In this document: one piece after another, positions 1 through 29,024 of the stretch | Position numbering within the stretch: position 1 is the first letter of the stretch | How the letters are laid out: every line of letters begins with the position of its first letter | NCBI GenBank assembly: GCA_033442325.1 | Contig: JAWQFM010000013.1 | Location: 838,885 to 902,884, forward strand | DNA: 64,000 nt | Reading direction: 5' to 3' | From: Salpingoeca rosetta | Lineage: Eukaryota > Protista > Choanoflagellata | Made by a program: the position numbers and the translations under genes | Notes under the pieces: model-generated | Seen by the model: only the letters and a program-made list of their open reading frames with translations | Told to the model about the DNA's origin: nothing | The model's database searches: none

Positions 1-2462
1 CGCCACGTACTGGAAGTAGCAGTCGACAACAACGCCCGTGTTCGCAGCAATGACGTTGCCGCCACTCAGGACGATGTCGGCAACGCCGCCAGTGACGTCC
101 ACACCGCGCATCACGCCCACCTGCGACTCCGTGGTGGGGGCAGGCAAGTCCGCGGCCATGCCAGCGCCCACGATGGTGTTGTCTCTGACGGCGCCGACAA
201 ACGAGTTCTGCAGGCGCAGGAGCGCCGTTGCCTCCACCGCAGAGATGACGTTGAAGGTGACGGTGAAGGTGGTTGTGTCTGAGATGCGCACCACTTCTTC
301 GGCGGTGGTGTACGTGGAGCCGTCGAAGGAGCGCCGTGTACGCTCGCCCGTCTCTGGCAGGATGCCGAGGCCAATGTAGTTGGCTGCGATGGACACCGTC
401 TTGGATGACGACACGGCCACCTCCGCAGCGCAGAGCGTGTCTGAGAGCACGTTGGCGCGCGGGTACGGCACGGTGGGCAGGGCGGCGTCTGCTGCGTTGC
501 CCATGTCCACGTTCTCGCACTCGCTGATGCTGATGCCGATGAAGGTAGACGTCTGCTGGCCCGTCTGCCCCGCAACGCCAGCGGTGGCGGTGGAGGTGAA
601 GGCGTTGTTGTAGACGGTGATCATGCGAGAGCGGGCCAGGTACAGGTGCGCCTGCATGTACAGGGCGTTGCCGTTGAATGTGTTGCCCAGGGGGCCAATG
701 CCTCCAATGGTGATGTCGTGCGAGTCCTCCACAGCCATGTTGTGGACGCCGTTGAAGTTGGTGTCGTCACCAAACACGCACGTGTACACGGACACGTCAC
801 CACAGCCGGCGCCCACGCTGATGCCCGCCTGTGCGTTGGAGTGGAACGAGGCGCCCTGGATAACGGCGCGGTACGTGTAGGTGAGCGAGATGCCAGACTG
901 CGCGTTGCCGCCACCGCTGGGAGCTGCCGTTGTCGTTGTTGTTGTTGACGTGGTTGTCGTGCGGGTTGTCGTTGTTTGCGTGGGCGTGGAGCCGCTGGCA
1001 GGGGAGGAGGTTGGAGGCCCCGCTGTTGTTGTTGTTGTTGTTGTCGTCGTCGTCGTTGTGGTGGTGGTGGTTGCGTCGCCTGTTGAGGGTGGCACCTCTG
1101 TGGGAGGGGAGACGTTCGCTGGCTCTCCAAACACGCCGCCGGTGACGGTGAGCTGGATGGTGTTGGAGCCAGCGAGACCGTTGCCATCACAGCCCACGGC
1201 CTGGCAGTCGGACAGGGTGACGTACGTCGCGTTGTGTACGACGATGCCGTCGCCGAACGAATCGTACACGCGCACGCGCTCGAGCGTGTGGAAGCCGCCC
1301 GACACGTAGACACCGCGGGAAGGGCGATAGACGTCCACGTCACGCAGGACCGCGCCTGACGCAAGGTTGGTGATGTGCACGCCCTCGTCGCAGTCCTGCA
1401 TCAGCACGCTTTCGATGGTGGTGCGCGGGGTGTATGTGACGACCGCGTCTGTGAATCCTTCCATGACGATTCCCGTGAGGGTGAAGGGCCCCGTGAAGAC
1501 GCGAAAGCCGTCGTACTGCGAGCTGGCGTACATGATGAGGCGCGTCTGGGACTCTGCGCGGATGGTGACGGGGGAGGTGATGGGTGGGAAGGACGACTCA
1601 AACTCAATCAGCTCCTGCTGCAGCACAATCTCGTTGTGGTCGCAGTTGCTGTTGGCCATCTCGATTGCCTGATGAAACGACAGGGCTGTGTTTGTGGCAG
1701 GGGGGGGGGACGGGTGGACATGTGAGGGGAGATTCAGGGTGACACGTGCGTGGGTGGAGTGATGCAATGCATGGATGCAGTCGTGATGCGGGTGCCAGAT
1801 GCATGGACGCGCACACATGCATACACTCATGCGTGCGTACATACATGCACACATACAGACACACAGACAGGCAGACAGACGGACATGCAGACATACATAC
1901 ATACATACACACACACATACATACATACATACATACATACATACATACGTACATACATACATACATACATACATACATACATACATACATACACACACAC
2001 AAGCTGACACGCACGCTACACAACCACGTAGTACTCACTGTCGCCGTCGACAAAGTAGGGTTCGCCCTGCGCAGGATCAGAGCCGTCATCAGGGCAGATC
2101 ATCTGGCCAAAGCTTTCGGAGCGGAAGCAGGGGCTATCCTCGCAGTAGCTCGGGTAAGGGAAGAGCGGGTCGTTGATGCAGGGATCGCACGACAAGCACT
2201 CGTTTGTGTCGAAACTGCATGTCTCCTCCTCCGAGCACGGGCACGAGGAGGAGGTGCACGACACGAGGCAGGGTGTGCGGTAAATGTCGCCGACGTTGCC
2301 GTTGGTGAAGCAATCCGTGCATGGGGAGCAGCTGGCGTCGTCCTGGCAAAACTCCGTCTCTGTGCATTCGGTGCTGCCACAGACGGTAGTTTGCACCTGC
2401 GCGGATGCGTGCGTGCATGCAAACGCAAGGAGGCACAACGTGGCGACCACCACCGCCGCCAT
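1..2462 (-). CDS. Secreted or surface protein: signal peptide, Cys-rich N-terminus, right-handed parallel beta-helix repeats with a Thr-rich mucin-like insert; 3' end runs off the window
   Basis: ATG at 2462 (MAAVVVATLCLLAFACTHASAQ, signal peptide) then a Cys-rich exon to ~2030. After a (TATG)n intron, an uninterrupted frame runs 1668->1 (AIEMANSNCDHNEIVL...GVHITNLASGAVLRDVDVY..GVYVSGGFHTLERVRVYDSFGDGIVVHNATYVTLSDC...NYIGLG), with GI.I..N-type beta-helix repeats and poly-T at ~930-1075. The exact donor of intron 1 is uncertain. Confidence 0.7.
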
Positions 2463-3794
2463 GGCAGTGTGTTGGGCTGCCTCGCGACGGCGCTGGGTCC
2501 TCGCACGATCGTGCCGCAGGGCGTGGAGCGGCATCGTCGTCATCAGCGAGGAAGACGAACGCCGGATGTTGCCTGCGGGTATTGCTGTCTTTTCTTGCTC
2601 AGTGTTGCTGTGCTCGGCTGGCGTTATCAGCACAGCTGCTGCGTGGAACAGCTTTCTGAGTCGTGCCAGAATGACACGTTTCCGTTATCAATGGGCACGC
2701 GCGAAGGCGGTCCTGAGTCCTTCGAGGAGTGTTGCTGCTTGTGAATGCACGCACGTGGGTGGGTGGATCGCGAACAAAGATGGGAGAAGGATGAGGTGAG
2801 GTGAGGTGAGGTGAGAAAGGAGGTGAAGATGGGATGAGGTGAAGTGAAGTGAAGTGAAGGGAGGTGACGTTGGGGAGGGGTGATGGGAGGGGGGCAAGGG
2901 ACGATGGATGCTCGATCGCGTTGGTGAGGTGTCAAGAGGGAGGACGACAATAAGCGGCAGCCAAGCAAGAGTTATCCAGCAAGGGCACACACTTCGGCAA
3001 GGAAATAATGTGTGATGTTGCGGGCCCCCACAGTAGACAGCGGCGGTGATGATGGATGTGGGGATGTGGGTGCGGGTACAAACAACAATTTGATGTATGT
3101 TTGTTCGTTGAGTGGGTGGGGTGGGTGGAAACGGCAAGCAAGCAAAGGGGAAGGAAGCAACAGGAGCTGTCGTGGCCACTTTTGAGGTCATGTCACGCAA
3201 CGCAACAACACGAGACGGCACAATCGCCAACCAACCTTTGTTTGCTGGGTTGCTTGCTTGCGTACCGATGCGCACTGCAGCAGGCGGTGTCTCTGATCAC
3301 CGTTTGATGTCCATTAAACATCAGCCAAGAGAGGGAGTGAAGGTGGGAGGGAAGAAATCACATCAATCAATGGTCGGTGGTTTGGGTGTTGAGAGTTGTG
3401 TGTGTGATTTTCGCGCCAGGCCCGACCGTTTTCAAGAAATTTCGTGTATATTTTGAACCAAAATTCGGCGCTCGCGCAACGCAAGCAGGAGGAAGGACCA
3501 CAACGTCAAAAAAACGGGTGGCAGTGCAAGGAGAGGGAGGTGCTTGTTGCTGTTGCTGTTGTTGTTGTGTGGGGAGACAAGCAAAAGAAGAAGGGAAGAC
3601 GAGAACAAGACAGTCAGGCAGGCAGGGCGTGCAAGGTGGTGTAATGCAATAACAAAACAAACAACAACGAGGGTGGGGAGGAAGGAACGAGAAGGGAAAA
3701 GATGGACAGAAGGGAAAAGATGGACAGAACAAATACACACACCGAACACAGAAGACCAGCAATGAGAGCAGAAGCAAGCTGATGATGGGGAAGG

Positions 3795-12118
<8,324 letters not shown>

Positions 12119-12532
12119 GGTGGTGGCTGAACGTACAGTCCTCCTCGCAGTGTTGGATGGGTGGTGATGACTCGCACGCCTGCACTAGGCCGCGTCGACT
12201 TCCCCACAGACGTGCCCCGCACACGCAAACCCAAGACACAGACGTCCACACGCGCACCCTTCCTCTCCCTCTTGCTTGGTTGGCTGGTTGCTTGTGGCTC
12301 AGCCCCTCCTCCTTTTCTCACAACAAGCGAGCGAAGAGAAGGCAGGGTGCTTTGGCGAAGGTGGGTGGGTGGTGCTGTCTCGCTTTCGTTGCTGCCAAAC
12401 ACTGCTGCTGCTGTGTATGGAATGCGCAAACAACGGACGGCGAGGCGCGGTGAGAAATTTCGCCAACGCCTTCCAACAATCCTCCGTTGTTTTGGTTTGC
12501 TCCGCTCGTGCAAACGTGTGCGTGGGAATGCG

Positions 12533-12603
<71 letters not shown>

Positions 12604-12986
12604 GGCTGAGGAGAGCAGAGTGAGAGTGTGTCAGTGACTTGTGGTGTGTGTGCCAGTGGCCGCCGTGTTGCACTCGCTCTGCTGTGCTGTGCTTTGCTGT
12701 GTCTTGTCTGTTCACCGCTTGCTTGCACGCGTTCATCCTTTCCATCATACAGCTCAACCAATCTCAACGTTTACTTTGGTGCAGCACCACAAACTGACGT
12801 GACCCTCCCACAAGAGGGGGGAACGAAAGACAACAACGGTTAACATTTGTGACGGCCCTCCGCTCGCCCACGTGCACAACCCAACAACACGATACGCAGC
12901 AACAACAACAACAGCAACAACAACAACAACAGAACGAAAGAGACAGAGGGGTGTTTGCGTGCAGCAGAGGGTGGGTGCAGCTGGGT

Positions 12987-14541
12987 TTACTCGGATGCCG
13001 TTGCTGCCTGCGCGGTGGTGACGCCGTTGCGCGTGAGGGCCTCCTCGCGCTCCTCGTGTGTGTACTTCTTGAACTGCGGCATGTTCGTCTCCTCGTTCAC
13101 CTTCACCGTGGCAACCTGGGGTGGGAGGAGGGTGGGAGGGGAGAGGGGAATATGATGACATGCATGCATGAGTGAGTGAGTATTCACGTGTGCGAGTGTA
13201 TGTGTGTGCGAGTGTGTGCTGCATGTATGTATGCAAGTGTGTGCAAGTGTATGTATGCAAGTGTGTGCAAGTGTATGTATGCGCGATCACCTTCACACAA
13301 ACACACACACGCACACGCACAATCACGCACACGCACAATAGGGTGCTTCGCACCTGCCACCATCATCTCACCTCGATGTTCTTTGCGGTGATTTGTTCCT
13401 CCATGACCTGCTTCAGCGTCTGCAGCGCAAGCTTCTCCGCATCTGCCAGCGACATGGCCTGTCCATACGTGCATTGGCACAAGTTGACCGTGTCAACAGA
13501 ACCGTGGCACAACACACACACAACACACACACACACACATTACACATTACACACACGCACAAACACACAGACGAGCACATATTACACACACACATACACA
13601 CACATACACACACACGCACAGACAAGCACACACACATGACACGCACACCACAAATCACACTGGCACGTTGCTGGTGTACCTTGTCGTACGCGTCCTGCAG
13701 AGCAGTCTGCGCGCCCTCAGAGCCAGATCCTGGCAGTCGATTCACAGAGCACGCACAGAGAACAATCAAAGGTGAGGTCAACAAGCCCAGTGCACGCACA
13801 GCCTGCACGCACAGCCGGCACGCACGACAGCAAAAGCCAAGTCGCGCAATCCATGTGACGTCAGCGCACCGATGGCCTTGGCGAGGTAGCTGACAAAGGT
13901 GCCCGATGGATCAGCATGAAACCTGGCGTGTTTGTGGTGCAGCGAAAAAAAAACCACACACACACACACACACACGTGCAGAGCAGTGAGGCAGGGGAAT
14001 GCATGCACACGTGTCGACGCAGAATAGTGCACTAGCGGAAGCACACACACACACACACACGCCCACCCACCCACCCACACACACACACACACACACGCAC
14101 ACACACACACACACGCACGCACACACGCACGCACACACGCACAGTTGCGGCTTGATGGATGAGCCTTCCTTGTCGATGCCGGCAAACAGCAGCGCAACAC
14201 CAAACGGGCGGCTCTATCAAGTGAAACGAGATAATGCAGCAAGGCAAGATAAAGAAGAAGAAGAAAAAGAAGAAAAAGAAGAAGAAGGCAAGATGAGAAG
14301 AGGAGAAGAGGTGAAGAAGGCGGGTGAACGGCTTGTTGTGCACTTCGCACCAGCAGACAGACATGCAGGGCTGAGAATCAACGCACCATGCTGCCTGATT
14401 CTCTGTCGGAGCCCTCGCCAAACTGCATGGCCAGGTTGCACACAGACTGTGTGACCGACTCGACAGACATGGGCTCGTTGTACGTGAACCAGTAGTTCTG
14501 CACAAACACGCAGGGGTGTGTGTGTGTGTGTGTGTGTGTGA

Positions 14542-14577
<36 letters not shown>

Positions 14578-15498
14578 TTTTGTTTCACCGGCTTGCTCAC
14601 TCTCAAGCACACCCATTCACACTCACACTTTCGCACACACGCACACACACACACACACACTCTCTCTCTCTCTCACCGACACACACTCGCACACTTGTGC
14701 AACACAACCTGTGCCTCGACGCGGGCGCGCTCAATCAATGTACGGGCATCGGCGTTCAAGCCGCTCATGGCACACGCTGCAGACCGCAAACATGCATGCG
14801 TGCATCACAATTGTGCATGAATCATCCCGTAATGAGAGAGAGAGCGAGAAGTGAGATGGCTGTGGCAACAATCAAGCACACAAGAACAGCCATCCATCAA
14901 CGTGCAATCACGACGCACCAAGGTGAGCATCAATCTCGAAGATCTTGGGCACGCTCTCGGGCTCCATGAGCGGAGACGTGACACGCTTCTCCACAGCGAT
15001 GATCACGCCCTCGTTTGTTTGGATGCCAATGGCAGTGGCACCAAGCTACGTTTGCGTGTGCATGTGCGTGTGTGTGTGTGTGTGTGTGTGTATTTGTGCG
15101 TGTGCGGGCGTGTGTTTGAGGGCATAGGATGCGTTTGTGAGACAGACACAGACACAGACACAGACACACAGAAATGAACGCATGTTGAGTAGAAGGTTCG
15201 CTTTCGACCTTCCCCACTCCACGCAATGGCGTCAACAACACGCGCATACCTTGATTGCCTCGTTGGCGTACTCGACCTGGAAGATGCGGCCCTCGGGTGA
15301 AAAGGTGTTCACACCACTGACAACAAACACAAACACACGAGCCAGACATGGATGAGGTCTTGCCGTTGTCATTGTTGTTCTTGCACTGGCAAACCACCCA
15401 TCTTCGCGCACATGTCAAATCTCTCTCACACGCGCGCCCATGCACATGCGCGCGCAGTAGGTGTCTCACCGATCATATTCGGAGCGAGTCATAAACAT
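12987..15498 (-). CDS. PSMA5: 20S proteasome subunit alpha type-5
   Basis: Spliced exons give [161 protein letters not shown], the alpha-5 signature. Confidence 0.96.
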
Positions 15499-15770
15499 GA
15501 CGGCGGTCTTCGTGTGTGTGTGTGTGTGGGATGTGGACGGCGGACGGCAGGCAGCGGATACGATGCAGATTGAGAGATGGAACAGTCGACAACAACCGAA
15601 CGAATGAAACGACGACAGCAAGAAGCAACCAAACCGCGGTTATGGAGGATTTGTGTACATCTTCAAATTATTTTCGAGCCACTCACGTGTGTGCGCAAAC
15701 GCAAGGGAAGGGAGGACACAAACACGCGCTCTCAAGCACACACACACACAAACACGCGCACACACAAACA

Positions 15771-15852
<82 letters not shown>

Positions 15853-16469
15853 NNNNNNNNNNNNNNNNNNNNNNNNNNNNNNNNNNNNNNNNNNNNNNNN
15901 NNNNNNNNNNNNNNNNNNNNNNNNNNNNNNNNNNNNNNNNNNNNNNNNNNNNNNNNNNNNNNNNNNNNNNNNNNNNNNNNNNNNNNNNNNNNNNNNNNNN
16001 NNNNNNNNNNNNNNNNNNNNNNNNNNNNNNNNNNNNNNNNNNNNNNNNNNNNNNNNNNNNNNNNNNNNNNNNNNNNNNNNNNNNNNNNNNNNNNNNNNNN
16101 NNNNNNNNNNNNNNNNNNNNNNNNNNNNNNNNNNNNNNNNNNNNNNNNNNNNNNNNNNNNNNNNNNNNNNNNNNNNNNNNNNNNNNNNNNNNNNNNNNNN
16201 NNNNNNNNNNNNNNNNNNNNNNNNNNNNNNNNNNNNNNNNNNNNNNNNNNNNNNNNNNNNNNNNNNNNNNNNNNNNNNNNNNNNNNNNNNNNNNNNNNNN
16301 NNNNNNNNNNNNNNNNNNNNNNNNNNNNNNNNNNNNNNNNNNNNNNNNNNNNNNNNNNNNNNNNNNNNNNNNNNNNNNNNNNNNNNNNNNNNNNNNNNNN
16401 NNNNNNNNNNNNNNNNNNNNNNNNNNNNNNNNNCATTGTTGCTCATCATGTTGCATTTGGTGCTGAACA

Positions 16470-22759
<6,290 letters not shown>

Positions 22760-25700
22760 TCTATGCATGCAGCATGTGTTCTGTGTATGTTCTGTGTTTG
22801 TTCTGCGACGTGTGCGTGTGTTCTGCGACGTGTGCGTGTGTTCTGCGATGTGTGTAGGTGTGCGTGCGTGTGTGTGGGGGGGAGGTGTCTGCGATTTTGT
22901 GTGCGCGCAAGTGCAAGTAGCGCAAGTCAAATCAAACCGTGCTGCGCTGCACGCCTGCTTTGCGTTTCTGTTCGTTCTGTTTTCGTCTGTCGCGTCGCAG
23001 TGGTAAACGACACCATGAAGTCCGTGGTATCGAATTATCATGGAAGATTTGGCAGTATTATCTTTGCTGGGTCAGGCTTGCACGTGCTGTCCGCCGTTCG
23101 TCCGGTTGCCCCGCAAACTCCATGCGGTGCACTTTCAATGTTTAGATTCACTTCCAGTGCACTTCCTAAAGTGGGCCAAAGTTGCCGGTGGCGTTGTGCG
23201 TCAGCACTGATCGGTGTATTTGCTTGATTTTTCGTCACACCCAAAATCCATCCATTTCCCCAAATACGACAATCTGTTGAAAGCATTGACCTAATTTCGC
23301 ACTTGGGACAATCTGTCCACTGCTCGCCACCTGGACCTACCAAACGCCGTGACGACGGATTTTGATTTTGCATGTCGTGCGCCCGCACCATGTTGCTGCT
23401 CTTCTGCTTCTTTCTTCCTTCCGTCCCCCTCTGCTTTCGTCTCCTTGCTTGTCGTTGGTTGGCCGTTCTTTCTTGCCTCACGTGTCCGCTCGTCGAGAAG
23501 TAATTGCTTCTGCGCAACAGCAAAGGAAAACGCACGAACAAACCAACGAACAGACAAACAAAGAAAATTGCTGTTGGGGGGATGGAAGTGCGTGCGCATC
23601 TGCGACTGGCTTGCTGCTCCCCACTTCCAATCGGACACGCACACAACACAAGCACACCCCCGCACACAATTGCTTCCTGCCTCTCTTTCCCACACACCCT
23701 CCCACACACACACACCCTCCCACACACACACACACACACACACACAACACACACACACGAGTGGAGCAGCATTGCACCAGTTCGCTTACCACTTTCCACA
23801 TTCCATCCCCTCGAACCACATCACCCAGATCACCCACAAAGCAAGCACGTCCCCCCGCACTCTTCCCCTCACTCGCACGCCCCACTGCCGTGCTCCTCAT
23901 CGATGCATCGCGCTCGATCGCGCCACGCTGCAGCCCTCCTCTCAGAAGCCGCGCGCTTGCTCTTTTTCCCCGGCTGGTTTGCACGTGAGAGCAAACCAAA
24001 ACCCGACCAGGTATGATGGTGCCACTTCCCCCCTCTCCCACTTTCCCCCCGCTTACACACACACACACAAACACAAACGCAAACACACTTTCGCGCAGTG
24101 TGGGCGACTTACAGCGCCACTTCTCAGACGTGTTTGCTTTGGCTTGTTGCGATTTTTGTCACTGTGATTCCCTTGGCATCCATGCCGACTGCGTGAGGGT
24201 GTTCGCAACTGCGTCGACTTGTATTCCTTCGATCTCCTTCTATTGTTTGTTGTTGTTTGTTGTTTGCTGTTTGTTGTTGTTTCCCCCTTAACTGCTCTTC
24301 CTTCCCCCACCCGAGTCAGTCAAGTCAAACGCTGCCGCACCCAAACCACCACACCCGCTGTCTTGCTCGTGTATGCGTGTTTGTATGTGTGTGTGTGTGT
24401 GTTTTTCGCGAGTCCTCTTCGCTTCGCTAACACACACGCACACACACGTTGCTTGCTGGTGCTTGACTTTGTTTCTGCATGTTGTGTGCGTGCATGCCCA
24501 CCTGCCCGCCTCGCGCACGCCGTTTTCCCGCCTTTTCCCTCCAATACAGGTTGCCCGCTCCTGCGTTGCCGTCTTTTTGGTTGGGACCGTTACAGTTTTG
24601 GTGAGTAGTCCACCCACACCCCTGGGTCCTTTCCCGCTGTCAACACGCTCATACCACCAAACAACATTCCACCGTGCCCAGAGGCAGCCGCAACCAAAAA
24701 AAAATAAAGGTACTGTGCTGTTTTGCTCTGTACCCCACGCATCATCACTCTGACACACCCCTCTTCCCACCGCCATCGTAACACTGCGTAATCACTTCGG
24801 CACAGTCCTACAGCCCATGTCACTCTGACACACCCATACACCTTGCTTGCTTATGCATCCCAGCCAGTGTCTGACATGACTTTGGTGAAACTGACTCACA
24901 CATAATCTGCTCGGTCGATACGAGCGTTCGCTTCGCACAGTCATTTTGTGCGTTTGGCTCTCTCCCTATCATCTTTTCTGTCACCACCCCCTCTCCACAC
25001 ACACCGTTGCACTGTCGCACACCCCTCCACCAACCACCCAGCCAATAGCCTGCGAGCCAAACAGCGTGCGTCACTCACAACCACACCGTTACGCCTTCTT
25101 CCTCTTCTTGTTCGTGTCACCCGTCTTGCTCTGTCGCTGCTGGTTTTTTTATTGTGTGTGTGTGTCCTTCTTTGTGCAACCCTCCCCATCACCCCTTTCT
25201 ATCATACTCCAGCAGATCCCATCGGAGTCATCGGCGGCCATTCACACCTGTGCCACCACGACTTCGCATACGTACATCTGCGGACATTCCACGATCCAAC
25301 ATCCCCCCCCGTGTTGTCCCTCTCGGGCCCATTCTCATTCCTATCTGCAAGCAAGCCAGAACCAACAGACCCAGCCGACAGCAAAGAACACGGCCATTCT
25401 TGCACCAACGCCCCCACAGCCAAGCTCAAGCCTTCCCCACCACACGCACACGCACCGGCTGCATAGGTACGGCTGACCTGGTCGTTGTCGCCCACAATAT
25501 TTGACACACACGCGCGCACACGCACAGAATTACGTTGGCATACACGCACACACACACATGCACATATGTATGTACACACTTGACAATACACACAAACACA
25601 CGACACAAGTTTTACGTTGCGGACAGCAGCCTTCGGTTGACCACTCGTGTCTGCTTGCTTTGGCATATTTGATTTGTAGGGCGTGAAACAAGCGGCACGT

Positions 25701-25812
25701 CTGTGCCCGCAGCTTTCGACCATCCCCCTTCTCCCAACCCCTCCTTCCCGCCTCCCCTTCAACCATACTCGCCTCGTCGAGAATCCCCGGCAGCTGCTGC
25801 AACACAGGCTGC

Positions 25813-27204
25813 ATGAGTGGGGACGAGGACCCGCTGCCCAAGCCTCCACCACAGCAGCAGCCACCTCAACAACAACACCCAGAAGACCTTTCACCGGAAG
25901 AGCTGCACCCACAACAGCAAGATCAGTGTCATCAGCACGACGTCGACCAGCACAATCCGGCCGTCTCTGCCGAGGAGCCACCCATCCAGTCGCAAGACGA
26001 CCATCCCAAGCCACGTCAGTACCAACAACACCAACAGCAACACCAACAACAGCCACAGCCGCACCTGCAGCAGCAGCAGTCAATGTCACCGGCGTCACAG
26101 CAGAGTTTTTCGCACAACAGCATTTCCCCACCACAAGCACAGGATTTTGCAACCGGACCTCTGGTCCACGACATGGCGCCAAATTCCATCAACCCAGGCC
26201 AGCGGCGAGGAAGCCGGGTCCACGGGTTTGACGACGCAGCCAATGGCTCAAAACGCCAACAGCGGCAACGCCGACAACATCACCAACAACACCAACACCA
26301 CCAACAACCACAGCAGCGCCATGCACACGTGCTGCAACCAGTAGCAGCACAACCGTCATCATCATCGCAGTCTAATCAGCAAACCCACCTGCAACCACAG
26401 TCTAATCAGCAGCCACCCTCCCATCACGGGCATCAGGATCCCATGCAGCAGCAAGCAGACGCAGCAGCCGTGTTTGCGGTATTGCAGACCGTCAGCGCGG
26501 CCACCTCAACAACAACAGCATCAGCAAGTGCTGCGGGACCGTCGCCTACGCCGCCACTGCAAATGCAGCAGCCGGACGAGCTTAGGTCGCACACGTTCCC
26601 CGTAAACACACGGGCATCTGCAGACACTCACGGCGGGTTCCCGCCAACACTTCCCTCGGGCCGCCACGCGGTGCAGCACCTTCTGGCCCCTCAACCTGTT
26701 CGGCAGCCCCGGCAAGCACCTCGACATGGAGCACAGCATGGAGCACAGCAAGGGCCTCAGCATGGAGCACAGCAAGGGCCTCAGCATGGAGCACAGCAAG
26801 GGCCTCAGCATGGAGCACAGCAAGGGCCTCAGCATGGAGCACAGCAAGGGCCTCAGCATGGAGCACAGCAAGGGCCTCAGCATGGAGCACAGCAAGGGCC
26901 TCAGCATGGAGCACAGCAAGGGCCTCAGCATGGAGCACAGCAAGGGCCTCAACAGCCGCGTCGCCTCCAGCAGCCACATCACCAGCCACAATTACCACAG
27001 TTGCCACTGGTGCCACAGCGAGGCCTGCAGCAGCCAATGCAGCTGCCTCCACCACAACAACCGGCAGGCATGATGCCGCCAGTGCAACACCCCATACGTG
27101 CACACGCCCTTGACGGCGCACGAGCCGAGCTCCTGCGTGCCACCCTCGCCGCCTGTCCTCTAATTCAACTTTTGTCCGTCTGTCTCACCAGGCAGCACCG
27201 CGTC

Positions 27205-27259
<55 letters not shown>

Positions 27260-27951
27260 CTGCTGCGAGCCGTCGCTCGAGTGAAGCCGAGTCTCAACAA
27301 ACACGGGAAGAAAGGATGCACAACCACAGGCACTTTGTGGCAGGTGGATGCAACATCCTGCGCCACGTCGGGCGGCTGCTCGGGCAAGAGCACGGGGGCT
27401 GTGTTGCCTTGTTGCAGCAGTTTCGCCTCCTGCACCCACCAGCCGCGAACAGGGGCGGCAACTTCTCCAGCTCAAGCCAGCGAGCCATCACCATGGGCGC
27501 GCAGCCTTCACACTTGGAATCGCATGCACGGCAACGACAGCGTCTGCACCACCAGTTCGCCCCACACCACCACCAGCATCAGCATCAGCAGCATCAGCAG
27601 CATCAGCAACAGCAACCACCGCAATGGCAACGTCAGCAAGCGCGGCGGCGGCGGCATGCAGATGATGATGACGACGATGGCGATGATGATGATTCGCGTT
27701 ACGGCGGTGGCAGCGGTACGAGCAGCCACGACTGCCACAGCCACGGCGGCTGTGGGCAGCCCAGCAAGAAGCGGCCAAAACGACGCACACAACGCATCAA
27801 GGACCCAGACTTTCGCCTTGCGGAGATCGTACAGCAGCAGTACCGACTGGAGCAGGAACGGGATCGGCAGCGGGAAGCGTGGTTGCGGGCCATGACCGTT
27901 CTCCTCCTCCGCTGGCTCTCCAGAATGTTGTTCATCAACCCTAATCCTTGA
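25813..27951 (+). CDS. Single-exon 712-aa Q/H/P-rich low-complexity protein with an octapeptide repeat and a basic/coiled-coil C-terminus
   Basis: Long open frame without dinucleotide microsatellite filler; poly-Q tracts; KKRPKRR NLS-like patch followed by helical RLAEIVQQQYRLEQERDRQREAWLRAM. No recognisable family. Confidence 0.65.
26734..26949 (+). repeat. 24-bp coding tandem repeat x9 (QHGAQQGP)
   Basis: cagcatggagcacagcaagggcct repeated nine times with no substitutions. Confidence 0.95.
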
Positions 27952-27979
27952 GCTGCCATCACACACACACGCACGCACG

Positions 27980-28025
<46 letters not shown>

Positions 28026-28767
28026 AGGTGCAAATGATTCGATGATTTCTTGATTTGGTCGTCAACAATAGCCGTGCCTGTTCGTTTTTCTTTGTTGAGC
28101 GTGATTGAGACCATGTCATAAGTGACTGTACACTTTTCCAACGGATGAGCCTTCCTTCAAGTTTCAGATTTGTTGCCAGACATCCGCGTGTTCGCCGTTA
28201 TTTCTCGACGGGGCTGGTGCGCCACTGCCTATTGCATGCACTTTGCTCCCCATCCCGTGACATCTTCAGCGTGTTGCACGTTTGTTGACGCGCTTGTTGC
28301 TTGTTTGTTGATCCACTAGTGCATGGTTCGTTGGGTTTTAATCGATTTGTGCAAACGCTTGCTTGCTTGCCCCTTTGTGAATGCTTTTGAATGTACGCTA
28401 CATTGCCACTGTGATCATCATGTTGTCCATTTACTCGCGAGTTAGTACCCTGTCACCTGCACGCTTACTTCACATTCCAATACACCTCTTCTCACAACCC
28501 CAGCATGGGCAAAACGAGAGCAAAGCCAACGCTCGCAGAGCGTCACGCTCGTGGCATCACAGTTGGTGGTCACAGAACCACACACCACGTCAGTAAAGGC
28601 AGGTGTCACATCACCAGAACGAGAGTTAGAATAACGAGCAAACAACAGCGCTATGACACATTGTGACAAACTGTGACTCGACGTGACCCCTGACAAGAGG
28701 TGTGATCTGGTATGGGGTCTACCTTTATCCACATGTTCAAAGGCAGTACGGCGCTGATGCCTGTCAA

Positions 28768-28957
28768 TCACAGCTCATCATGGGCATTGTGCCCATCACT
28801 CGCTACCGCTGGTGGCGGTGCAGCCTCTTGTGCGGCTTCAATAACAATACGCATAAGCGCCTCTGGATCCTGCTCCTCAATCTGCACGCATGTTCGCATG
28901 TATGCGTGGGTGTGTGCATGAGATTTGTGTTTGTGTGTTGTGCGTGTTTGTATGTGC

Positions 28958-29024
<67 letters not shown>

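Noticed and set aside
26734-26949. 24-bp repeats (and the 48-bp repeats at 63015-63350) as CRISPR-like arrays
   Set aside because: Head-to-tail with no spacers, in-frame coding, eukaryotic context, no cas genes.
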